From positions 3,986 through 67,985 of the forward strand of contig JAUMWL010000002.1 of NCBI GenBank assembly GCA_030529665.1: a stretch of 64,000 nt of DNA. The letters run 5' to 3'. Made by a program: the position numbers and the translations under genes. Positions 35,103 through 43,700 of the stretch are shown here, piece after piece (position 1 is the first letter of the stretch; each line of letters opens with the position of its first letter). This stretch comes from Coriobacteriales bacterium (lineage in GTDB: Bacteria > Actinomycetota > Coriobacteriia > Coriobacteriales > Atopobiaceae). The notes beneath the pieces were generated by a model. That model searched no databases. It was not told where the DNA came from and was given only the letters and a program-made list of their open reading frames with translations.

Positions 35103-36772
35103 ATGGGCAAGAGAGTCACTGAAACGGGGACTCGCACGGACTTGGCGATTGCGACCTTTGTGTTGTCGGCCTCGCTGATGGGTGCCGCACTACCCTTACC
35201 TGCGCGCATGGCGCTGGCGGAGGAAGGCACCACGGTAATCGAGGAGGAGAGGACAGGCGACGATGAGGCCATTGCTGAGGCGGTTTCTGAAGAGGACGTC
35301 TCAGCTGACGACGCGTTGGAGGCGATTCCCGAAGTGGACACTCCAGCAGACGCGTTGGTAGCAGAGCTTGGTGGGGACGCAAGCCTACCACTCGAGGAAG
35401 ACGAGTCCGATACCGTCGAGGAAGCCCAAGCAGAGGAACCGTCGGTGACGTATCAGGCACACGTGAAAAACGTCGGTTGGATGGACTGGGCAGCAAACGG
35501 CGAGACGGCCGGCACCGAGGATGGTCGCTCCAAGTCGAGGCGATAAACGTGAAGGTGAGCGGGCTGGCAGAAGGCTCCGTCCGCTACCGCACCCACCTGC
35601 AGGACATCGGCTGGCAGGGTTGGAAGGGCGACGGCGAGGTTTCGGGCACGGTCGGTCAGTCCCGCAGGGTCGAGGCCGTACGTATCGAGCTCACAGGCGA
35701 CGCCGCCTTGAAGTATGACGTGATCTACCGCGTGCACGTCCCGAACATGGGATGGCTCGGATGGGCCAAGAACGGCGAGGTCGCGGGCTCGGAGGGCATG
35801 GCCCTTCGCATAGAGGCACTGCAGGTAAGAATAGTACCCGCAGGCACGGGAGAAACCGGGCTCTCCGCGCTCTCCAAGCCGGAGCTGCGCGTCAAGGCCC
35901 ACTCCGCCAACGTGGGCTGGCAGGCTTCGGTTGGCGAAGGTGCTTCGGCGGGGACGACTGGCAGGGCGCTGCGCCTCGAGGCACTTAAGCTTACGATGCC
36001 AGGCTTCGACGGTGTCGGCGGGGCGATTTCCACACGTGCGCACGTCAGCAACGTCGGCTGGATGAACTGGACCGCATCAGGGGAGGTCACCGGCACCACG
36101 GGTCGTGGCCTCGCGATGGAAGCGGTTCAGATAAACATCATCGGCAATGTCGCGAGCTTCTTTGACATCTACTACCGCGCCCACGTCAGCAACTACGGGT
36201 GGCTCGGATGGGCGCGCAACGGCGAGACGGCAGGCAGCACCGGCATGTCCCTTCCCATGGAGGCGGTCGAGGTGCGCGTCGTGCCCAAGGGATCGTCATT
36301 CGACTGCGGTAGGTCCGCGACTGTGCAGCCGGCCCCGCAGCCGCAGCCTTCCGCACCCGCCCAGACATCTTCGTACGTCGCCGAGATAAATGGCTTCCTT
36401 GTCGACTCGCGGTGGGCAAACGGAACCCGCTGGGCGTCGGGCCAGCGTCCCAAGATCTCAGGCTACGGCGCTTCCGGATGCTGTGCGTACGCAGTGGACT
36501 TATGCAAGTACGTCTTCGGCGCGGACAGCTACCGCGAGGGGGAGGAGTTCCACGACCCCAGCGAAATCCGTGCAGGTGACGTCATCAAGGTGACGGGAAG
36601 CCAGCACTGGTTCGTGGTGCTTGGCAGAGATGGCGACTCCCTCTGGACCGCAGAGGGCAACTGGGGCGGCAAGGTCGTGGTGGCCGACGGCACGTACACG
36701 GTGCGCGGGAACACGCTTTGCCGCAACGGATCAAAGTTCCGCACCTTCAGTGCTGGTTATCACATGCAATAG
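35103..36772 (+). pseudogene. Secreted ChW-repeat protein with a C-terminal papain-like (NlpC/P60- or CHAP-type) domain, interrupted by a 1-nt frameshift
   Basis: A signal peptide (LAIATFVLSASLMGAALPLPARMALA) is followed by about 6 ChW-type repeats (Y.AHV.N.GW..WA.NGE.AG[ST].G..L..EA). The first repeat breaks at about nt 35517-35522. Frame 1 reads AGTEDGRSKSRR-stop, while the next frame continues GWSLQVEAINVKV. Restoring one G would give AGTEGWSLQVEA, which matches the repeat consensus. The C-terminus has ASGCCAYAVDLC...SQHWFVVLG (Cys/His). Confidence 0.7.
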
Positions 36773-36813
36773 AACAGCGTCGAGAACTGTGAGCGTGAGG
36801 AGGTGAAAACACA

Positions 36814-36840
36814 GGGTGCTCGCGTGCAACGCGAGCACCC
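36814..36840 (+). terminator. Perfect hairpin downstream of the ChW gene
   Basis: GGGTGCTCGCG-TGCAA-CGCGAGCACCC forms an 11-bp perfect stem 42 nt after the stop. No U-tract follows. Confidence 0.5.
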
Positions 36841-37033
36841 GCCCCACACTTGCTGTATCAGTTCGATACGCATCATGTTCGGTCGCTGTCCTCGAGGAGG
36901 ATTGCCTCATTGGCATACGGCCATCACGTTCTCCTCATTTGATATCGTTCACGGCTAAAGCTATATATGCCGAGGCAATTAACCCATGGGGTATCATTTC
37001 CTCACCCAACCAAGATTCTAGGAAGAGATTGTT

Positions 37034-39730
37034 GTGTGTACCTGCCTGCATTGTGAGTCAAACATCGTCGAGGAAAGCGTCTTCTGTCCGTTCTGCGGGG
37101 AGCCGACCGGCCTTTGCCCAGAGCGGAGCGACTACGAATACGAGGCATTCATAAGCTATCGCCACCTCCCGCTCAGCTCAAAGGTCGCCAGACGCATGCA
37201 GCACGACATCGAGGGATTCCGCATACCCAGGGAGCTGCGCGGCGAGGATGGAAAGGTGCGGCTGGGCAGGCTCTTCCGCGACGAGGACGAGCTGCCCGCG
37301 TCCACGTCCCTGAGCGACCAAATCCGAGAGGCGCTCGCCCGCTCCAGGTTCCTCATAGTCGTCTGCACGCCGGAGACGAGGGAAAGCAGATGGGTGGAGC
37401 GCGAGATCGAGCTGTTCGCCTCCCTGCACGGTCGCGACAACATCCTGGTCGCCCTCGCAGAAGGGGAGCGTTCGAAGTGCCTGCCAGACGTGCTGCTGTA
37501 CCGCAAGGTCGTGACGGCGAATGGCTCGGTTGTCTCTGAGCCTACGGAGCCGCTTGCGGCTGACTTCCGTGTCTCGTCCCGCAAGAGCCGCTGCGACGAG
37601 ACCCTGCGCATTGTCGCGGCGCTCCTTGGCTGTGGATTCGACGACCTGCGGCAGCGCGAGCGTGCGAGGAGAAACGCGTTTGCTGCGAAGGTTGCCATTG
37701 GTGTGACGCTGGCGATTACGGCGTTCCTCGGGACGGCGCTCCACCAGCAGGGACGGATCATCGGGCAGAAGCAGCAGATCATCGACCAGCAGGAGGAGCT
37801 GCTCGGGAAGGAGCGAGAGCTGCAGGTCAACCAGTCGCGTTACCTCGCGAAGGAAGCCGACGAGCTTCTGGCTCAGGGAGACCGGACGCAGGCGGTGCAG
37901 GTCGCCTTGGCCGCCCTCCCTCAGAGCTCTACGAGCGCCGACAGGCCCTACGTCCCAGAGGCGAGGGCCGCGCTCGAGCGGGCGGTTCGGACGTTTCCCA
38001 CGGAGGACGGGTGGTACCCCTCGTTCTCGCGTGGCGAGGGGGCTGTCGTCGACGTGGCGACGTGCGACTCGCTCGGAAGATATGCCGTCCTGGACTCCAT
38101 GGGAAGGCTGAGGGTCTACTCGATAGACGACGGGAAAGTCATGGACGACATAGATCTCGCAGACGTGCTCGGGGACGACATTTCTCCGAGTGGTGCCGAG
38201 GCATGGATGCTTGATAACGGCGCGGTCGTCGTACGCAAGGACAACGAGGTCCTCTGCGTAGGTCAGGGACAAGCCGAGGGTGACAGCGGCATCGCATGGT
38301 CCTTCGACTGCGACGCGGATGGCTTGTACGTCAATTGTGTCGACGTGTCCGAGGACGGCTCGGCAATCGCCCTTTCCGGATCGTCGACGGAATGGGCCGA
38401 CGACCCCGACTTCATAGAAAAGGCATGGATAAAGCTTCTCGATCCCCGCACGGGAGAGGTCACGGGTTCTTTTGATCTGGCAGAAGGGCAGGACGTATCC
38501 AACGCAGAGGCGATCCGCCTCGATCGGACCGGAGGGTGGGCCTTCGTCGCGTTCGGACAGGATGCCTACATCATTGACGTCGAGTCCAAGGCCGTAGCCA
38601 AAGCAAAGCTCGCGAATCCCGGCTGTGAGGGAGTAACCTGGACCGGGAACAGGGTCGTTGTGGCAACGCAGGACTTCTCTCAGCCATCTCCCGTTCCATA
38701 CGCCATACAGTGCTTTGACACCAAGGGCACTGAGGTGTGGCGGACGGAGGGAGGGATTTCGCCTATGTCCTCAAACGGTGTCGCATACGACGGGACAGCA
38801 GGCCTGTGGGCGCGGCTAAAGGGACTCGGCGACCACGGCGAGTGCCTGGTTGCCTCTTTGGGCGGGCGCCTGGTGACGCTGGACCTTCAGGACGGTTCAC
38901 AGCAGGCTGTTGCCACCATTGACTCGCCCATCGTTGCATGCCAAGTGCTCGACGAAGGGGACTGTCAGAGGCTCAACGTATGCTTGGCCTCTGGGACGCT
39001 CATGTATTTGACCTCGGATGAGGATGGAGTGGCCTCGGGTAGCTCAATTGACGCGAGCGTGGGAAACGTAAAGCATGCCTCGTTCCTGCGGACTAACGAT
39101 GTGACATATCTTGTGGCGAAATCCTCACTCGACGAGAGTGGCAACGACAAGGTGTCCGTATGGGAGCTAAGTTCTACGGGACACCTTCGAGAGGGAGCAG
39201 ACGACGGCAGCGCCTGGTCGAGACCAGCTGATGGCCCCGAGATTGAGGAGAGCCTTACAAAGACCGTCGCTCGCCTCAAGGACGTGAGGCTCGCTATGCA
39301 AGTTCCAGAGTCGACTTCGGCAGTTGTGCAATCTGAAGGTCATCTCTTGCTCATCGATACCGAGACTGGCGACACTCTAGCAAGGTCTTTGGGCGTATAC
39401 GAGGAAGCTCATGGTTGCGGCTTCGCGGAAGATGGCAAGACTTTCTATGTTCAGGTTCCCATAGTGGACGACTACAAGGGGCGTTCCTGCCTATACGTGT
39501 TCGACCTCACATGCGGTACCCTCGCTCCTCAAAGCGTCATCCCGTTCGGCGTTATGGTTTCAGAGGACGGAGGAAAGGTCCTTTTGGACGATGGCAGCAC
39601 GTTGCGTGCGCCAACATGGGTTATGGACTACCCCACGCTTGACGAGCTCCTGGAACGAGGACGGGAGCTGTGCCAGGGATTCGAGCTGTCTCCCGACGAG
39701 AGGGAGGCCCTCTTCGTCGAGGCCACCTAG
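37034..39730 (+). CDS. Zn-ribbon - TIR - single TM - coiled coil - beta-propeller protein
   Basis: The N-terminal zinc ribbon is CLHC...CPFC. The TIR signature is YEAFISYRH...LFRDEDELP...SRFLIVVCTPETRESRWVEREIELF, with a candidate catalytic Glu in WVERE. One TM helix (FAAKVAIGVTLAITAFLGTAL) is preceded by RQRERARRN, which by the positive-inside rule places the TIR in the cytoplasm. Then comes a Gln/Glu-rich coiled coil and about 550 aa of blade-like repeats (GRLRVYSIDDGKV, LLDPRTGEV, CFDTKGTEVW, GGRLVTLDLQDGS). The GTG start at 37034 follows AGGAAGAG. Confidence 0.8.
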   Translation: MCTCLHCESNIVEESVFCPFCGEPTGLCPERSDYEYEAFISYRHLPLSSKVARRMQHDIEGFRIPRELRGEDGKVRLGRLFRDEDELPASTSLSDQIREALARSRFLIVVCTPETRESRWVEREIELFASLHGRDNILVALAEGERSKCLPDVLLYRKVVTANGSVVSEPTEPLAADFRVSSRKSRCDETLRIVAALLGCGFDDLRQRERARRNAFAAKVAIGVTLAITAFLGTALHQQGRIIGQKQQIIDQQEELLGKERELQVNQSRYLAKEADELLAQGDRTQAVQVALAALPQSSTSADRPYVPEARAALERAVRTFPTEDGWYPSFSRGEGAVVDVATCDSLGRYAVLDSMGRLRVYSIDDGKVMDDIDLADVLGDDISPSGAEAWMLDNGAVVVRKDNEVLCVGQGQAEGDSGIAWSFDCDADGLYVNCVDVSEDGSAIALSGSSTEWADDPDFIEKAWIKLLDPRTGEVTGSFDLAEGQDVSNAEAIRLDRTGGWAFVAFGQDAYIIDVESKAVAKAKLANPGCEGVTWTGNRVVVATQDFSQPSPVPYAIQCFDTKGTEVWRTEGGISPMSSNGVAYDGTAGLWARLKGLGDHGECLVASLGGRLVTLDLQDGSQQAVATIDSPIVACQVLDEGDCQRLNVCLASGTLMYLTSDEDGVASGSSIDASVGNVKHASFLRTNDVTYLVAKSSLDESGNDKVSVWELSSTGHLREGADDGSAWSRPADGPEIEESLTKTVARLKDVRLAMQVPESTSAVVQSEGHLLLIDTETGDTLARSLGVYEEAHGCGFAEDGKTFYVQVPIVDDYKGRSCLYVFDLTCGTLAPQSVIPFGVMVSEDGGKVLLDDGSTLRAPTWVMDYPTLDELLERGRELCQGFELSPDEREALFVEAT

Positions 39731-39762
39731 ACGACATGAGGAGCTTCATCGTATCCAGGTAG

Positions 39763-39933
39763 ACCACCGCCAAGGCCAAGAGCTTCTTCACCGTAAACAA
39801 GACGAGTGGCAAGGTGACCGTGAAAGGCATGCCAAAGAACATGTACCAGTTCCAGATCAAGAGCACCGCGAGTGCGGGCGCCAACCACAACGCTGGGTCC
39901 AAGACGGTGACGGTCACGATCGTCGTCAAGTAG
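39763..39933 (+). pseudogene. Orphan 3' fragment of a cell-surface Ig-like-repeat protein gene
   Basis: The 56-codon frame has no start codon and an in-frame TAG immediately upstream. It reads ...KSFFTVNKTSGKVTVKGMPKNMYQFQIKSTASAGANHNAGSKTVTVTIVVK-stop. That matches the stereotyped last repeat of Gram-positive surface proteins. Confidence 0.5.
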
Positions 39934-40064
39934 CACCATCGGGAGTCGAGCCACGGCGAGACAAAATAGAGTGTCGCCGTCCAGAGCGTGCTCGGGCGAC
40001 GGCGCTCGCAGGCGGCGTGTTGTGGAGTCCGTACCTCGCGTGGTATAGTCCATCACGTCTTGGA

Positions 40065-40787
40065 ATGATGTCAGGTGGGTGTTCGGCTATGTACGACGGT
40101 ACCCTCGATGGTCTTATGGAGCTTGCGCTCGACAACGACGGGCTGCTCACGACTGCGGAAGACAGTCCTTTCAACGATCCTGTTTTCGGGTTCCTCTTCC
40201 GCATTGCGTGGGCACTGTTCGGGCTTGGCGGCTCGATTGCGAGCAGGCTGGGCCTGCACGGTTTTGACTGGTCACTGTTCTTTGCGGGGCTGGTGGCGGT
40301 AGGTACCCTCTTCATCGTCTACGTCGCCTTCAGGGCGACTCGCATGCTCCTCGGTCGCGATGTCGAGTTCGAGTACTGGAAGTATCTGAGGACGTGCGAA
40401 GCATGCCATGTTGAGCCGAGCACCTCCTCGTTCGCGTTTCGCCCCCAGAAGTCGTTTCTCGTCATCGTGCTGTCGCGATTGCGCCCCTTAGCCTTTGCTT
40501 TCGTGGCGCTACTCCTGTTTCTTGCGCTATCCAAGTTCGCTGTTGCGATGGCCCCCAACACGGTCTTCGGTAGCGATCCTTTGGGTAGCCACGCGCGGTA
40601 TCTTGCCGACTTTGCGTTGACGCTCATTCTCCAGATTGCCATACGATTGTTGGTGGTCGTTCTCGTAATGTGGGTGTCATACGTCGTGTTTCGACGAATC
40701 GTGTCGGCACTGTCGAGGACGGCCCTATACGCCACAATCGAACGCCGTATGTCAAAAGGCCGCGCAAAGGTGGTGCGGAACCGATGA
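40065..40787 (+). CDS. Polytopic (about 4 TM) membrane protein, translationally coupled to the downstream STAND NTPase
   Basis: Four hydrophobic segments are FGFLFRIAWALFGLGG, SLFFAGLVAVGTLFIVYVAF, LAFAFVALLLFLALSKFAV and LILQIAIRLLVVVLVMWVSYVVF. The start is uncertain: ATG 40065/40068, or ATG 40089 preceded by AGGTGGG. Its TGA (40785-40787) overlaps the next gene's ATG (40784-40786). The N-terminal 158 codons of ORF 39591-40787 are judged non-coding. Confidence 0.6.
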   Translation: MMSGGCSAMYDGTLDGLMELALDNDGLLTTAEDSPFNDPVFGFLFRIAWALFGLGGSIASRLGLHGFDWSLFFAGLVAVGTLFIVYVAFRATRMLLGRDVEFEYWKYLRTCEACHVEPSTSSFAFRPQKSFLVIVLSRLRPLAFAFVALLLFLALSKFAVAMAPNTVFGSDPLGSHARYLADFALTLILQIAIRLLVVVLVMWVSYVVFRRIVSALSRTALYATIERRMSKGRAKVVRNR

Positions 40788-43700
40788 GGCGGAAGACCTT
40801 CAGGCTGTTTGTAAGCTCCACATTCCTCGACTTCGTAAATGAGAGGTCCATTATTAACGAGCGACTGTCCACACGGCTGGAGTCATACTGCGAGCGCTAC
40901 GGGTACGGCTTTGAGGTGGTGGACCTTCGTTGGGGAATCGGAGAGATCGCATCGGAGAATCAACTGACGCTCGACATATGCCTGAATGAAATCGCGCGAT
41001 GCAAGCTCTATGCCCCACGACCGCACTTCCTTTTGATGCTTGGTGGAAGGTACGGTTCCATACCGTTGCCCACCGAGCTGGCGCCGAACGCATACGAGAC
41101 GATTGTCTCGACGTTGGAGGCAGAAGAAAGCAGTCTTGTCCGACATTGGTACGAGTTCGACGACAACTGCTTGGGCGGGACGTACAGGCTCAAGCCACGG
41201 AAGGGTAGGTTCAGGGACTATTCCGACTGGTCAGGCGTTAAGCGTGGGCTCCTCACGGCAATCGGTTCGGCAATTGACGCGAATCCGGCAATGGCATCCG
41301 ATGGCCTTACGCTCGCCTCGATGACCGAGCATGAGTTCAATGCGGCGCTACTGAAGCACGACATGTGCGAAGGCTCCGTGGTGGTGCTGCGGGAAGGCGG
41401 GGAGAACGAGGAGAAGGCGCACGAGCTGAGAAAGCGCGCTGCGGAACTCATGAACTCAAAGGGGCTTGCCGATAGAGTGGTCGAACTCCGCCAAGGGGAA
41501 CCCGGATATGAGCAGAGTTTCGAAGACGAGGTGTTCCGCCTGCTGACGCAGCTCGTCGACTCGGAGGTAAGAGCGTCCGCTCGTGATGATGCCGACACGA
41601 TCCTTCCTTCACGCGAGACGAGCCGGGTTTTCGTGGGAAGGGAGCACGAGATTGGGCTCCTGCGCGAATATGCGTCCTCATCGAGCCGGTCCGTCCTATG
41701 GGTTCATGGACCCTCGGGGAGCGGCAAGACCTCGCTGCTCCAACGATTCGTGGACGAGTATCCCCATCGCAAGGCGTTCGTGTCCTACGGCAGGTCTGAA
41801 GACACGTTCACCATGGGTGGCGCGGTTCGCGAGATCCGACGCCAACTCGCGGATGGAAACGGTGCCGAAGTCGTGCCTTACGTCGATGGCTCGAACCTTC
41901 CCGAGGCACTTTTGAGCGAGCTGTCCGCGAAGGCCAACGAGCATGCCCCTCTGCTCGTCGTCATCGACGGTCTCGAGAGCTTGATGAACAATGGGGACGT
42001 GAATGAAAACGTCTTGCCCTCCACACTGCCTGCGGGGGCGAAACTCGTCGTCTCTTGGGCGCATGAGGACGCCCGTCCTTTCGCATTGCCCTTTGCGGGC
42101 CAAGAGCTCGTGCTGGGGGCACTCTCAGACGAAGAGGCGCTTCTTGCCGTCGATGCCCGCCTCGCGTTGGGCGGACGACGCGTTGCGCCCGATAATCAGA
42201 GAGAGGCCATACGCGACTCATTCCGTGTCGCCGCTACCCCCTTGCAGGCCACATTGATATCAAATATCGTGTCGCGCTGGTCGTCGGGATTCCGGGACAC
42301 CGAGCTTCCCCTGACTCCAAGGGAAGCAGCGCTGGCATATATCGATGGCGCGTTCCTGCTTCTGGGGCACGGGCGTGAACTCGTTCTGCATTCAATGGCG
42401 CTGGTTTGCGTCGCCCCTTTCGGGATTTCCGAGCGGGAGATCCTTGACGTCCTCCAATCTATTGGGGGGGTGCGGGAGGAGTTTCTGGGGCAGGATAGAT
42501 ACGGGCACTCCGGTGATAAGCTGCCATTCGTGGTGTGGTCCCGGCTATATTACGATTTGCGGGAGTGCCTTGAGACCGTGCTCTTCAAGGGCGTGCCCGT
42601 GGTGAGGTTTGTCCACAGCATATTCAAAGATGCCGTGCATTCAGCCCATGAACCATACTGCAAGAGGGCGGTAGAGGCCCTGCTGCGATACTACTCCTCG
42701 CGACCGGCGCATGTGGACGCTCCATGGACTGCGCCGGACACGATGCGAGCGGCGAATCTACCGGCGCTCCTGGGAACGGCGGGAAGAGACGACGAGCTTG
42801 CGGAATTGCTCTGCGCAAGCGAAGAGCTCGATGCCGTGCTCCAAATCGGCGATTACGAGCGCGCGCTGGACGCGCTGGCACGACTTGGCGGGCGACCGGA
42901 CGGCCTGCTTCGGGAAGACGTCGTTGCAATGTCTTGGTACCTGAGAGCGCATAGGGGGACTCTCTCCTGCTTTCCAAGGTCTCTACCTGCCGCCATGTCA
43001 CATGAGCTGGGCGTCGACAGAAGGAGCAGGCTCGGCCGCGGAGCGAATGGTTTGGCGGATTCGAGTGGGTCCCTCATTCCCGTGCCGCACCCGCCGAACT
43101 CGGGGATCGCCTTGTCCTTGGACGGCGACGAGATTGCGATTTGGCACGGCCCTTGGGTATACGTGTACGGACCGGGACTGACCGCAAACTGTCGGATTTA
43201 CAACACTGCAGATTCCGGAGCGGGACTCGTGATCACCTCCCTGTGCTGGCTTGCCGGCAGCGAGCTGGCGGTTGGGCTTTCAGACGGGAGGATTGTGACC
43301 TATGACGTACACGTGCCGCCTCCCTCGCTGGTCGTGAGTGTCGCCTTGGAATCCCCCGAGTACCTGAGTTATTCGTCCTGTCTTGATGTGGTGGTTGCCT
43401 CAACAAAGAGCTCGCTGGTTGCAATTGACGCTCATCGGACGGACGTCAGGCTCCTAGCCGAATTGCGGGAAGAGAGCTCGTGGTGCATGTCAGCCGACGG
43501 GCTTGCCGTTCACGTGCGCGACCGCCGCAGCGTGAGGTCGATAGCAATAGTGGATGGCACCACGATTACGGAGCGAAGGGTGCATGCTGATGGACACCTC
43601 GTGGGAGAGCTCCCGGACGGTAGACTTCTGCTCGACGGTTATTCCATCATCGACGCGCACGGGACCGCGGTTTATTTCAAGGTTCCTCGGCAGGCGGAGA

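Noticed and set aside
35517-35522. Programmed ribosomal frameshift in the ChW-repeat gene
   Set aside because: There is no slippery heptamer or downstream structure. The break falls in the middle of a repeat unit, and a single extra G would restore it. Mutation or assembly error is more parsimonious.
37156-38272. 224- and 364-aa minus-strand ORFs inside the TIR-propeller gene
   Set aside because: They have shadow-frame composition. The plus strand has Zn-ribbon, TIR, TM and repeat features in a single continuous frame.
39591-40064. N-terminal 158 codons of ORF 39591-40787
   Set aside because: This part is highly basic, Arg/Gly/Pro-rich and non-protein-like. It overlaps the 3' end of the TIR gene and the surface-protein remnant. 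A credible start with an RBS exists at 40065-40089, just before the first TM helix.
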